64,000 nucleotides of DNA from TPA_inf: Saccharomyces (taxonomy: Eukaryota). The translations under genes and the position numbers were made by a program. Shown here piece after piece: positions 10,069 to 21,777 of the stretch. The notes beneath the pieces are model-generated. The model searched no databases. It was not told the DNA's origin and saw nothing but the letters and a program-made list of their open reading frames with translations. Within the stretch, counting starts at the first letter, position 1. The number at the start of each line of letters is the position of its first letter. The DNA is taken from assembly GCA_000146045.2 (NCBI GenBank), contig BK006947.3, forward strand, positions 720,334 to 784,333, read 5' to 3'.

Positions 10069-11284
10069 GAAATAGTATCGTAAAATTAAGGATGCTAGCG
10101 CTTTCGACAACAAAATGGGCTTGTTTTATTTTTGCAGAGGAGGTTCAGTAAATATTACCTCAGAGACTGATACAGATAATTCTTTCTTATTCGACTGCGT
10201 ATTTATCTTTATCGTTTAGATTGAAGACAATAGACAATTAAATGAATCTATAGAAAGGTTAGGAAATAGTCTAAACTACTATGGTTTGTTAACGGCGAGG
10301 TCTTTAGTTTAATTTTCTGTCTGGAAAATAACTTTATCCTAAAAAGAAAATTTTCATCAACTGCAACTTTTTTTGTTATGCTTTTGTTCTCGCTAGGCGA
10401 AAGCTCCCTAAAAATATCCGTAGAATTTCATATGACACAACCAGGCCTTGATGTAAACGTCAAACTACACATTTCTCAAAGCTTAGAGAGCTGATGCATG
10501 AAATTTTTGCATTGTGTGGTATTATATGTGACTTAAGAAAGTAATTGTACATCATAAGAGAGAAAAATTCTGTTCAGAGAAGAACTATTTGAATATATTT
10601 TAAAAGATAAAAAAATGTCTTGGCAAAAATAAGTAAGTAATGAAAAAGAAATTTTCTCGAAGAAAAAAATGAAAAAAATGACTAAGTACTCAATATCCTT
10701 GATTTTCTAGTTTTCATTTTCCTCAAAAAAACTTGTCCACATTCATTCTCTGAATCGTTCTTCTTTGGTATATACTATCATGCGAATACGTCTTTTTTCT
10801 TTTGATATTAAAATATCTACAGACTATTTTGTGCACCTATAAAATAAATTTTGTCATGACTTGTAATTTTCCCATAATCGGGACTATTTAAGGACCAAAA
10901 ATACACTTTCGCCCAACTTGCTGCTTGACCAGGACTTTCGATAATCTCCTAATTACACTAGCTAGTTTTTACTTGTTATGGTTTGTGCAGTTGAGATAGC
11001 TCAGTAAAATGGCTTTATGTGTTCTGATCTTATAATGAATCGTAATCGAAATCCACATATTTCATTCATACTGACGGAGAATAGGTTAAGCGCTGCTGCT
11101 ATGGTACCTACTTTTACTCTTTGTGGTGTGCGATTAGTTTTGTAATACAAGGGTACTTCTGGTAATAAATATACAATTATTTTATGAAACTATGATACAG
11201 GAGGGCAGAAGTTCTGACGATAGAGCTACAAAAGGTAGTATCGACCTAGGAATTTATAAGGACTGTTTTTCTTTCAACAGCATC

Positions 11285-12970
11285 TTAGATGCATGTAGGG
11301 AAAACAACGATGCTGATAATGCAGAAAACTACTGCATACACTACTGAGGTGTAATTCATGTTTCCTGCAGTAACCGGTAGTGTATATGGGAAAGATAAAA
11401 ATACCAGGCAGAACAAGGTCCATAGAATACATATAATATGAGGAATCATAGACATACGACGACGGTTAGGCCTGCTGACACAATTTACGTCACTCTCGAT
11501 TCTATGAATGAATTTTTCCTTTTTAATAACGAACAGGAATATAAAAGAAGGAACTGCGTACGACATTAGTAACAGGGTGATGCATGCAGTGATAATTGCG
11601 TTGAAAGCGGTACTAGATCCCATAAATATACAGCCAATTATCGTTACACATATTTGTGACAAAAAATGGGCATATAATGGAGACTTAAACCCAGGTGTCA
11701 ACACTGCTAGCTTCTTCAAGGATTTGTTTCCCAAGGAACCCTCTTTATAAAATGGTGCGTAACTTTTCCCGAATGATTGGAGGATTCGACTTTGCCAGGT
11801 TCCACTTGCAATGCCTGAAACAAAACCTGTTGTGATACACATACATTGCAGGAAGACACTGAGATTCCTATTACCAGTGGCCTGGTAAAATATTTCTACG
11901 ATAGGTAAAATAGACTCAACGACTGCCGTTTGGTCAGTGATGCAGAAAAACAAACCAACGCAATAAATAAAACTAGTTACAAAGCCCACAATGATGGTAG
12001 TGATAATAACTTTGGGAACTAAGAAACGTGACTTACTATAACCCACTTCATCAATCATGTGCGTAGCAGAGTCAATGCCAACAAATGCCCAGATCGGATT
12101 GACCAAACCGACAACAAACGCCATTCCAGACGAATTCCAGCCTGTTTGATTATCAAAGCTCCCAAATATATTAGAAGCTTTGGGCCATGGGTCTACGGTG
12201 TTGTCAGATCTTGAAACAATACAAATAATGAAAGTCATGGCGAAAGACAATAGAGACGTATAGAGCCCAAACTGAGAGATATAGGGCAACGGAGTTGAAT
12301 AAATGTTGAAAAGTGTCAAAACGGCATTGATACACTCGTAACCCACAAAAACATGCCAGTGCTTTAACTCGTAGTCCGGATGCAACAACTTATGAATACC
12401 GATACAGCTCATTGACAAAGATGAGCAGATACTTGCGGTAGTAAAAATGGCACCGAAATAGTTCAGCAACCCTACAACCATGGAAGAAACCTTTTGAAAT
12501 TTAGAAGAAACTTCCACGTTGAAAGTTTGACAATAATTCTCGAGGAACACTTCTTCATCATCGTCAGAAGGGTCCTCGTACTCAGGGGTTTTCAAAGTGA
12601 CTGATTCTTGTTCCAACATTTTAAGAACCCAAAATGAACCACCGCTGCTGTTTGGCAGGATAGCAGCAAAATCTCCCAGAGATATACCACACATGAGACT
12701 GAAAAAAGCAGCAATTATCAACCCATAGATGATAAGCAGTGGCCCTCCACTGGCAATACCAACGGCCATCGACGCTGAGATACCGACCCATGAGCAACTT
12801 AATGAGAACGCGATACCTAATAGGGACCACCAATTAAAGTGCTTGTCAAACTTGACTTCTGACCTTTCTGAACTAGACATTCTTATTTCCGTCCTGTGAC
12901 GATCTGGAACAATAGACAAAAAAAAATTTCTTTCATATACAAATAGGAACACTGCCCCTACTCTGTTCAT
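11285..12970 (-). CDS. BIO5: Bio5, amino-acid-permease-family transporter of 7-keto-8-aminopelargonate, 561 aa.
   Basis: ATG verified; APC-family permease. Confidence 0.88.
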   Translation of the reverse strand: MNRVGAVFLFVYERNFFLSIVPDRHRTEIRMSSSERSEVKFDKHFNWWSLLGIAFSLSCSWVGISASMAVGIASGGPLLIIYGLIIAAFFSLMCGISLGDFAAILPNSSGGSFWVLKMLEQESVTLKTPEYEDPSDDDEEVFLENYCQTFNVEVSSKFQKVSSMVVGLLNYFGAIFTTASICSSLSMSCIGIHKLLHPDYELKHWHVFVGYECINAVLTLFNIYSTPLPYISQFGLYTSLLSFAMTFIICIVSRSDNTVDPWPKASNIFGSFDNQTGWNSSGMAFVVGLVNPIWAFVGIDSATHMIDEVGYSKSRFLVPKVIITTIIVGFVTSFIYCVGLFFCITDQTAVVESILPIVEIFYQATGNRNLSVFLQCMCITTGFVSGIASGTWQSRILQSFGKSYAPFYKEGSLGNKSLKKLAVLTPGFKSPLYAHFLSQICVTIIGCIFMGSSTAFNAIITACITLLLMSYAVPSFIFLFVIKKEKFIHRIESDVNCVSRPNRRRMSMIPHIICILWTLFCLVFLSFPYTLPVTAGNMNYTSVVYAVVFCIISIVVFPTCI

Positions 12971-13022
12971 ACCATGCTACTTATATATAGCTGATGAAAG
13001 CCTTGCAACTTTTTTATTTAAA

Positions 13023-13736
13023 CTATTCTACGTCTTGTTGGGTCATTAATGACTCCACCGATGGCAGTTCATGCAACTCCATATCCTGATCATGTGCCGT
13101 AGTACATTGTGCAACCTGTGCCATAATATTGACACCGAACTTCTTCAGGGCCTGCACGTTGCCTTCATTCGGTTCCCCATTGAGAATGACCCCAAAAAGG
13201 TGGCTTCTCAAGCCATTATCGCAAAGATGATTCCAAGTCAGCAATGTATGATTCAGAGTCCCTAGCCCGCTGCGTGCCACGACAACTACGTACACTGGAT
13301 GGCCGCTAGTCTCAATCAGATGTTTAATTAGATCCGTCGTAATTTCCAATTTACGAGTGATAGGAACGCAAACCCCGCCGGCTCCTTCTACGACCAATGG
13401 ATTCTCTGCGCTCCACTCTTCAGGAACTACGAAATCCAACAACCTGATGTCGACATTAGGTTCGTACTCCATGGCCTGGAGCGGAGATAGAGGCTTCTGC
13501 AGCGCATAAGTGGGCGTGAATATAGGTGGTTGCCAAGTTGATGCGGCTATTTTGAAATTTTTCAATGTCTCGGAGTCACCTTGATCTGACTCAATTCCAG
13601 TTTGTACGGGTTTCCAGTATGCAGCTTTCCATTTGTGTACCAATAATGTTGATACAAAGGTTTTACCAACATCAGTGTCTGTACCGGTGACGAATACAAT
13701 TGGTTGTTGTTCTTGTTGTTGAGATTTGCTGTTCAT
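13023..13736 (-). CDS. BIO4: Bio4 dethiobiotin synthetase, 237 aa.
   Basis: The track ORF (249 aa) starts at a GTG; the first ATG at plus 13734-13736 gives [26 protein letters not shown]... with a P-loop, BioD-like. Confidence 0.85.
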
Positions 13737-13957
13737 GACCTGTGCGCTAGTGATTTTTTGAGTTCTTTTCACTGGCCTACTTGTGGAAAAAAGTATATCT
13801 CTTTATATACTTCAGTAAACGAACTACCAGCGGGATTTTATTTTGTTTTGCCCAATAATTTTGAATTATAAATAGCCATTGTTTGTATATTTCATTTTCT
13901 TTTGGTCGGGAGGATGTCAACAGCGCAATTCGTTTTCTATTGCTAGGATAACAACTA

Positions 13958-15400
13958 ATGTCCCAAGAAATTTCATATACACCAGATGTCGCGGAACTGC
14001 TAGACTTTGATAAAAAACATATTTGGCATCCTTATACGTCATTGAGTTCACCATTGAACGTTTATCCGGTAAAGAGTGCTCACGGATGCAAGCTGGTGTT
14101 GGATACCGACTCACCAGTGGACGTCGAGGTGATCGACGCCATGTCGTCGTGGTGGTGTGTTATTCACGGGTACAATAATCCAGAACTAAATGAGGCCCTT
14201 ACCAAGCAGATGTTAAAGTTTTCTCACGTCCTTCTTGGTGGATTCACCCATAAAGGAGCTGTGAATCTAGTCCAAAAACTTTTAAAAGTGATTGATGAAC
14301 CCTCTTTGCAGTACTGTTTCCTCGCAGATTCTGGCTCAGTAGCAGTGGAAGTAGCTTTGAAGATGGCTTTACAATCAAACATGTCAGGGGAAGCTACTAA
14401 AAATAGAACAAAGTTTTTGACAATCAAGAACGGGTATCATGGTGATACATTTGGCGCTATGAGTGTTTGTGATCCTGAGAATTCTATGCATCATATCTAC
14501 AACGATCGACTCAGTGAGAACATCTTCGCCCAAGCTCCCTCTATTGTCGATGGCCTTCCAACCAGCCAGAACGGTTTCGAGGACCATTGGAATGCAGAAG
14601 AAGTTACCGATCTCAAGAAGCAATTTGAATTGCATAGTGATAAGATCTGTGCTGTGATTTTGGAGCCTATCTTACAGGGTGCAGGAGGTTTGCGACCATA
14701 CCATCCACAGTTCTTAATCGAAGTTCAGAAACTATGTAACCAATACGACGTTTTATTCATCATGGACGAGATTGCTACAGGATTTGGTAGAACAGGTGAG
14801 ATTTTCGCATTCAAGCACTGTCAAAAATACCAGGACCAACATGGCATCAGTCCTTCCGATCAGATCAAAGTTGTTCCTGACATATTGTGCGTTGGGAAGG
14901 GCTTAACCAGTGGATATATGACTATGAGTGCAGTGGTAGTCAACGACAAAGTTGCTTCCAGAATCTCTTCTCCAAATAGCCCTACTGGTGGCTGCTTCAT
15001 GCATGGCCCCACCTTCATGGGCAATGCCCTGGCATGCAGTGTGGCAGAAAAGTCTATGGATATACTACTGCGTGGCGAGTGGAGAAAACAAGTGTCTGCA
15101 ATTGAAAACCAAATTTATAGAGAACTATACCAGTACATCAAGAACCCAGATAATGGGCTCATTGGAACTGTTGTTAAGCGTGTGTCAGTTATTGGAGCTG
15201 TAGGTATCGTAGAGCTATACAAGAAGACAGATCCCGAGTGGTTCCAGAAAAAGTTTATATCCAAGGGAGTACATATCCGACCTTTCAACTGCCTGTGTTA
15301 CATTATGCCACCATATGTGATCACGACAGAGGAATTGACGAAGGTTAATCAAGTCTTGATTGAAGTATTACATGAGTGGAAATCCCACATAAACCAATGA
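13958..15400 (+). CDS. BIO3: Bio3 adenosylmethionine-8-amino-7-oxononanoate aminotransferase (DAPA synthase), 480 aa.
   Basis: ATG verified; class-III PLP aminotransferase. Divergent from BIO4 across a 221-bp shared promoter. Confidence 0.88.
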   Translation: MSQEISYTPDVAELLDFDKKHIWHPYTSLSSPLNVYPVKSAHGCKLVLDTDSPVDVEVIDAMSSWWCVIHGYNNPELNEALTKQMLKFSHVLLGGFTHKGAVNLVQKLLKVIDEPSLQYCFLADSGSVAVEVALKMALQSNMSGEATKNRTKFLTIKNGYHGDTFGAMSVCDPENSMHHIYNDRLSENIFAQAPSIVDGLPTSQNGFEDHWNAEEVTDLKKQFELHSDKICAVILEPILQGAGGLRPYHPQFLIEVQKLCNQYDVLFIMDEIATGFGRTGEIFAFKHCQKYQDQHGISPSDQIKVVPDILCVGKGLTSGYMTMSAVVVNDKVASRISSPNSPTGGCFMHGPTFMGNALACSVAEKSMDILLRGEWRKQVSAIENQIYRELYQYIKNPDNGLIGTVVKRVSVIGAVGIVELYKKTDPEWFQKKFISKGVHIRPFNCLCYIMPPYVITTEELTKVNQVLIEVLHEWKSHINQ

Positions 15401-16469
15401 TATACGATCTCATCAAGTCATTTGCCAAGGAATTCTTATTTCTTGCGTAAAATGCATTCTTTTACGCTATTATTTATATTGATATAACTCAAAATAAAAA
15501 ATTTATGGTTATTTATTCTAGCGGACCTTTATATCTTACTTTTCTTATCATAAAACTATGTCGAAGCCTGCTGCACAAGAGAAAATTGACTAGTTCAGGG
15601 CAAGAACGTATCACAGGAAGTACGAGTTGAGAAATCTGGACCGAAATGGTCCGTGGTCGCCTACCCGCCTTCTGTGCCATCACGGTACTCTCTTCTATGT
15701 TCTCCCATTAGCGCTAGTTACACTCCTCAGCAGCTGACACATCTCACGATCCTATCTTTTATTTATTATGAGAAGAACGGAAAAGATGGGATATTATAGG
15801 CTCAGCTTACTCTTCAAGCAACTACTGTTGAACCGGGTCGTACAACTCATACCTTTGAACCCTCTGGTAAATTTTTCCGGCAGAGTCAAGATTATTATTG
15901 AGGCAAACCTGTAAATTTCCTTCAGCATTTGATTATCTTCCGCTACTTGAAATTTTGCACTATATCTTCCTCTATTAACCTATCCGCAGTAACTATTCAC
16001 AAGACCTTGAATGTAGTAAACGATGTCTATATAACTTAATATTGTGTAAGATCTTACAAGATGTACTGGGCCCAGGCTTTTCACGGGGATCAAACCGTTG
16101 CTCTCCTAGATGAGAAAACGCTTTGCCATCACACTGAAGTAGCATGGGCAGTATTTTCCCTCGAATATTGTTATTATCAAAGCAAGCAATATCAGCAGTA
16201 GTTTTTATTTCAACATATAAGATCACCTATGTTGCAATCTCTGCAAAATTAGTAATGTTACCCTCCAAGTAATTGTATGACCTCTCTTCTGAAGGTAAAC
16301 ATTGCGCCTCTTTGTTTAAAGCAGCAGCACTAGTTTATCATGGTTTCGTTACCTAGGAAAGGATCGGTAGTGCTATGTAACACTTGGAAAAGATGAAATT
16401 TGTTAACATGAAATTGAGTCCCTTGTGTTAAGGTAAAAGTGCCATCTTTAAAAACGTACTCTGCAAAAA

Positions 16470-18212
16470 ATGGTATTGCGCATACGAAGAATTAAGAAAC
16501 TGGCACCATTGATCTTCACATCATTGTTGTCTCTCATTGTTCTTTTTAGGGTCTACCGACAGTATCCATTCTCCGACCATTTCGAAACACGCAGAGAAGA
16601 TGATCGCTCTGGCAACGTGCACTGCTTTTCTAGACTGCGTCAAATAGAGGAATATGAAAAGCCGGAATTGACAAGTAAATTCTATGAACCGAATAGATGG
16701 AAATCTTTTATATCTTACGTGACCAGGAGTCGCAAGGATGTGAAAACTGTGTCCCGATCGCTATCCAATTTGGATTTGTATCAAAAATGCTCAAAAGAAA
16801 TCCGTGCTGATCAGGATATTTCCCTTCTTCATAGCATAGAAACCAAGTTGTTCCCATATATAAACTTCACAGCCCTAAATAGTGAACAATCTCATAATTT
16901 TTGGCCTGTTCATACCCGATTTGATGGAACAAAGTACCGTGGACAGGTATTACAATTTTCTTCTGAGAACAATTCGTTCATTGGAACTTCACCCATTGAA
17001 TTCAAGGCTAGCGAACCTTTTTGGGAGAACTGGTTGAATTCAGCTCTTCAAAGGAATTCAAAAGGTGTGGTAATGAGCGTATCGGAATATCTGGTGGCTG
17101 ATACAATTCGACTAATAAGAGTTTTGCGGCTGTTAAATAATTCCCTTCCAATTGAAATCGTTCACAAATCGGATTTACATGAGAGTTCTCAACAGCTCTT
17201 GATAGCAGCAGCAAGAGAATCTGGATCCTTAAATTATCCCCCTCAGGAATTGTGGTTTCTGGATGTGAAAGACATGTTAAATGACGAATATTTAGCGAGA
17301 TTCAAGAGATTTTCGAATAAGTGGCTGGCAATTACCTTTTGTTCATTTCAAATACCAATCTTTTTGGACTCTGATACTGTACCTTTTGTCCCGTTGGATA
17401 CACTCTATGAAATTGACGGATTTAAAAGAACAGGTACACTGTTTTTCAAAGACAGGAGTTTTCCAACCTCCAAGTTAAGTCCACTCCAAGTTAAAGTTTT
17501 GAAGCAGATAATCAATAATAGTCTGGATGTATCCTCGGATTCGGAGCAAGGTTTTGAAATCTTAAAACATAACCTAAACGATGAGATGGCAATTGATGCA
17601 ATAGAGGCCTTGATTTTCAAGAAACAAAAACATTACATGGACAGCGGCTTAGTGATATTCGATAAACAAAAACACTTTTTCTGTCTACCAATCGCAATAA
17701 TGCTGCAATTTTCGCCTATCCAAGAGTTTTTCCATGGTGATAAGGAATGGTTTTGGCTTAGTTTGTTTATTTCCAAAAAAGAGTTTACTTTTTATCCAAT
17801 AGAGGCTTCGAATGTAGGAAGATTAGAGAAGCCGGAGACTCTAGAAAGCAGTACAATCTGTTCTACCCAGCTATCTCACACGGACGTGTACGGTAATCTT
17901 TTGTGGTTGAATGGCGGATTATCCGTTTGCAAAAAAAATTGTTGGAATTATGATTTTACAAAGCGTAAAGAGATTGCGGCCAAATACAAAAGCGTTGATG
18001 AATTACGGAATTACTATCAATCACCTGTGAAACTCGAAGCTGTCATAATACCCGATGTCAGCAAGTCCCCCTGGTCGCAACAGAGCGAATGCGTTATGTA
18101 CAGCTATTGCACACATTATAGGAAGGGACAGTACGGAAAATTGATAGAGTTTACAGATTCTCAAAAGAAATATTACGAGAAAGTTGTAGAATTATGGAAC
18201 AAGGTTGTATAG
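16470..18212 (+). CDS. MNT4: Mnt4, putative alpha-1,3-mannosyltransferase (Mnn1 family), 580 aa.
   Basis: ATG verified; N-terminal signal anchor followed by a lumenal GT71 domain. Confidence 0.8.
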   Translation: MVLRIRRIKKLAPLIFTSLLSLIVLFRVYRQYPFSDHFETRREDDRSGNVHCFSRLRQIEEYEKPELTSKFYEPNRWKSFISYVTRSRKDVKTVSRSLSNLDLYQKCSKEIRADQDISLLHSIETKLFPYINFTALNSEQSHNFWPVHTRFDGTKYRGQVLQFSSENNSFIGTSPIEFKASEPFWENWLNSALQRNSKGVVMSVSEYLVADTIRLIRVLRLLNNSLPIEIVHKSDLHESSQQLLIAAARESGSLNYPPQELWFLDVKDMLNDEYLARFKRFSNKWLAITFCSFQIPIFLDSDTVPFVPLDTLYEIDGFKRTGTLFFKDRSFPTSKLSPLQVKVLKQIINNSLDVSSDSEQGFEILKHNLNDEMAIDAIEALIFKKQKHYMDSGLVIFDKQKHFFCLPIAIMLQFSPIQEFFHGDKEWFWLSLFISKKEFTFYPIEASNVGRLEKPETLESSTICSTQLSHTDVYGNLLWLNGGLSVCKKNCWNYDFTKRKEIAAKYKSVDELRNYYQSPVKLEAVIIPDVSKSPWSQQSECVMYSYCTHYRKGQYGKLIEFTDSQKKYYEKVVELWNKVV

Positions 18213-19617
18213 AGTATGTTTCAGTATGAGTACGGTGAATTTCCTATAAGTTTTTAAACTTTTAGATTTTTCTATAAAGCATGTTAAACCCTTCTTGACA
18301 TCGTTTTCAAACGGCATCTTTCCTACGGAACTAGGCTGTTTTTGAGATATCCTTATTTAAGTTCCTCTTGGCACAATGTTATTCCCGCATTTATATTTAG
18401 TTAACATTATGTGAAATTCGCTCATAAAAAGAGCCTTAGCTCTTTCTTCATTTTGCCTCAAGAAAACTTTAAAATAAAGTAGGAATGCCAACAATACTTT
18501 TCTTCAGTAAAAGACGAATATTGGCGTAGAATTTTACCGGTAATCATATATACTTGGCTTAGAACACTGACACATGCATTTTTCTCTGGACCCTTGCACA
18601 AATCATCAGTAGCGCCTGAATCAAAAACTAACAAAATACCATATCTGTTTTAAACAAATAAGTATATCGCATGAAGTAAGTTTCCCGCACGTAAAACTAC
18701 TACAACACATTTTCGCCTAGAATTATAAGAATGTTTAGTGCATTGGCTCCAAGCGAGTAATTGTACGATGCACGTGCATAAAAAGTGCTCAGTACCCAGT
18801 TCCGCTATTAGCACAGGGAAATTTTCCTTACAAGCGAGCCCTTCAATAGCTTAGGAAGTAAGGTTACTTTGGCGACGGCCATAGATGCCTGAGTAGCCTT
18901 TTTCCTTTTTCCTTCCCTCAAGAATGTGTGAAATGACGTTTTCGGGATAAAGCGGGCGCTAGCAAGAAACTTCTACTAAGAGTAACGTGGCTGAGAAGAG
19001 AAGAATAATAAAGGTATGCCATGGAATAATTTTAGAAGAGGGGGACCTGCTTCTTAGAAACACGTAATCTGAATCCCAGAGCAACTGCGTACAAAACAAG
19101 ATCTTGGCTTTGTAAGCAGGAACGGCTTTTTCCGATAGAAGAACGTTTTTTGTTTTTTTATGCAAGACCGTCTAAAAATTTGCACCCTATTTAACATAGA
19201 CACTCAACGAATACCATAATTGCACCTGGTTTCATAGGACCCTGAGGGAACAATACTCAAAAGAACAAAGACTACTGGTAGAGGTCCCGATATATCCCTT
19301 CACTGCCGGTGACTATGGTAAAAATGAGGTTACAATTTCTGTATCGTTAGAGAAAATTTTTTTCGTTAAGGCAAACGCATCAGCGTTTACATAGGGAATT
19401 CCTAGCGTAGTTTAATGAGCAAGGTACATCAAACCCTAGTAGTTCTTGCAGTTACACAAAATATTCGTTAAAAGCCAGTTTTTCTCCTCTTTCTTAGTCT
19501 TGGCTGACTCTCATATAAAACAACTAGAGAAGCTGAGAAAGACTCCAGTTAATCGTGTCTCCCCAGCGTCTATTTCTTGAACCTGAGATGGCTAAATAAG
19601 CTTAGGTAGGCAAAACC

Positions 19618-21777
19618 ATGTTGTTGGTACATATTATATCTTTCCTTCTGTTCTTCCAGCTTTCGGCCGCAAAGGCCCCACCCAGTAAAACGTCTCTAAT
19701 AAATACTCATGAGAGAAGGTCGATATATTCATGCTACGTTGGTTTACGTAAAGAAACATGGGGGTTCAATGGGTCCGCTATATGTCGGTATGAACCAGCA
19801 ATCCAATCGATGCTTTACTGTCTTTACGAAGACACGCATGAGAAAGGGTATTCAAATAAAACTTTGGAGAAAGGTTTTGAAGAAATGAGACAATTTTGCT
19901 ATACACCAAAGTTTTTGAACATGACTGATGCCGAGTTTTACACCTCATTGGATAATGGAACATACTATATACAAGATCAACCTAAAGCTGGCATCAATAT
20001 CACTTATCCTATCAGACTGAACACTACACTAAGAAAAGCATACTATGATGCATACTATGGTTACTACTATAACCATGACATTCCGTATTATTTCGGGGGC
20101 ATTATCTGTGCATACTTTGTGGGTGTCATGTTGCTTGCAGGTTTAATTCGTTTTTTGAATTATACCCCAATAAAAAAGATTATGTTTCAGCAAAAGCTAG
20201 TCAATTACGTGAGAGGTTATACTACTCTACCCACTCTTTATGAAAAGCATGCAGAGCCCTTCTCGTACTTAAAAGTGATAACAGGCTATCTTCCTACTAG
20301 GTTTGAAACGTTGGTTATTTTAGGCTACCTCATACTTCATACCATTTTCATGGCCTACAAATATCAATATGATCCATACCACATCATATTTGCCGCTCAT
20401 AGAGCAGAAGTGGCACATTTTGTTGCGTACAGAAGCGGTATACTTTCTTTTGCACACCTGCCACTCATTGTTTTATTTGCGGGAAGAAATAACTTTCTCC
20501 AACTTATTTCTGGCTTGAAGCATACCTCATTCATTGTGTTCCATAAGTGGCTGGGAAGAATGATGTTTCTTGATGCAATAATTCATGCTGCCGGCTTTAC
20601 GAACTATTATTTGTATTATAAAAAATGGAATACGGTTAGATTAAGAGTCTACTGGAAATTCGGTATTGCTACCACCTGTTTAGCGGGAATGTTAATTTTC
20701 TTTTCCATCGCAGCATTTAGAAGACACTACTATGAAACGTTTATGGCCCTCCATATAGTATTCGCAGCACTATTTCTCTATACTTGTTGGGAGCATGTTA
20801 CTAACTTCAGCGGTATCGAATGGATTTACGCGGCAATAGCAATTTGGGGAGTTGATAGAATTGTACGTATCACCAGAATTGCACTCTTAGGATTTCCTAA
20901 AGCAGATCTACAACTGGTTGGATCTGATTTGGTCCGTGTAACGGTTAAAAAACCAAAGAAGTTTTGGAAGGCAAAACCAGGCCAATACGTTTTCGTTTCC
21001 TTCTTGCGTCCATTGTGCTTCTGGCAGTCGCATCCATTTACAGTGATGGATTCTTGCGTAAACGATAGAGAATTGGTCATCGTTCTGAAAGCAAAGAAAG
21101 GTGTGACAAAACTGGTAAGAAACTTTGTTGAACGTAAAGGCGGCAAGGCATCCATGAGATTAGCTATCGAAGGCCCTTATGGCTCCAAGTCCACCGCCCA
21201 TCGCTTTGATAATGTATTATTGTTGGCAGGTGGCTCAGGGCTTCCCGGTCCAATTTCTCATGCCCTTGAATTAGGAAAGACAACAGCTGCAAGCGGTAAA
21301 AACTTTGTACAGTTAGTCATAGCAGTAAGAGGACTAGACATGCTCAACGCGTGTAAGAAAGAACTAATGGCATTAAAGGGCTTGAATGTTCAAGTTCACA
21401 TTTATAATTCTAAGCAAGAGCTAGCTTCGGCTGAAAAAATTTCCTCAAATGAAGTCAAAAACGGTGAAACGACAGCAGAGAAGGCCCCATCTAGTCTAAG
21501 CAATTCAGAAAAAGCTCCTTCTGAAAGTGAAAATACAGAACTACCTCTTTCCCTGAATGACACGTCTATCTCCGATTTAGAATTTGCCACTTTCCATGTT
21601 GGAAGGCCAAATGTTGAAGAAATACTAAATGAATCTGTTAACCATTCTGGTTCACTTGCCGTCGTATGTTGCGGACCACCTATTTTCGTCGACACCGCTA
21701 GAAATCAAACTGCCAAAGCTGTTATCAGAAACCCATCAAGAATGATTGAATACTTGGAGGAATACCAAGCCTGGTGA
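19618..21777 (+). CDS. FRE4: Fre4 ferric/cupric reductase (NOX family), 719 aa.
   Basis: ATG verified; signal peptide, ferric-reductase TM domain, HPFTVMDS FAD motif and an NAD-binding region. Confidence 0.88.
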   Translation: MLLVHIISFLLFFQLSAAKAPPSKTSLINTHERRSIYSCYVGLRKETWGFNGSAICRYEPAIQSMLYCLYEDTHEKGYSNKTLEKGFEEMRQFCYTPKFLNMTDAEFYTSLDNGTYYIQDQPKAGINITYPIRLNTTLRKAYYDAYYGYYYNHDIPYYFGGIICAYFVGVMLLAGLIRFLNYTPIKKIMFQQKLVNYVRGYTTLPTLYEKHAEPFSYLKVITGYLPTRFETLVILGYLILHTIFMAYKYQYDPYHIIFAAHRAEVAHFVAYRSGILSFAHLPLIVLFAGRNNFLQLISGLKHTSFIVFHKWLGRMMFLDAIIHAAGFTNYYLYYKKWNTVRLRVYWKFGIATTCLAGMLIFFSIAAFRRHYYETFMALHIVFAALFLYTCWEHVTNFSGIEWIYAAIAIWGVDRIVRITRIALLGFPKADLQLVGSDLVRVTVKKPKKFWKAKPGQYVFVSFLRPLCFWQSHPFTVMDSCVNDRELVIVLKAKKGVTKLVRNFVERKGGKASMRLAIEGPYGSKSTAHRFDNVLLLAGGSGLPGPISHALELGKTTAASGKNFVQLVIAVRGLDMLNACKKELMALKGLNVQVHIYNSKQELASAEKISSNEVKNGETTAEKAPSSLSNSEKAPSESENTELPLSLNDTSISDLEFATFHVGRPNVEEILNESVNHSGSLAVVCCGPPIFVDTARNQTAKAVIRNPSRMIEYLEEYQAW

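Noticed and set aside
13737-13772. ORF-track start codons for BIO4, YNR062C (25245-25247), YNR066C (34772-34774), YNR068C (40715-40717), HXT17 (52270-52272) and COS10 (59562-59564).
   Set aside because: Read directly, these positions are GTG/TTG (e.g. cac at 13770-13772, caa at 25245-25247 and 34772-34774, cac at 40715-40717, ttg at 52270, gtg at 59562). They appear to be alternative starts of a bacterial translation table. Nuclear yeast genes use ATG, so starts were moved to the first in-frame ATG, which reproduces the protein lengths I remember (237, 327, 436, 272, 564, 374).
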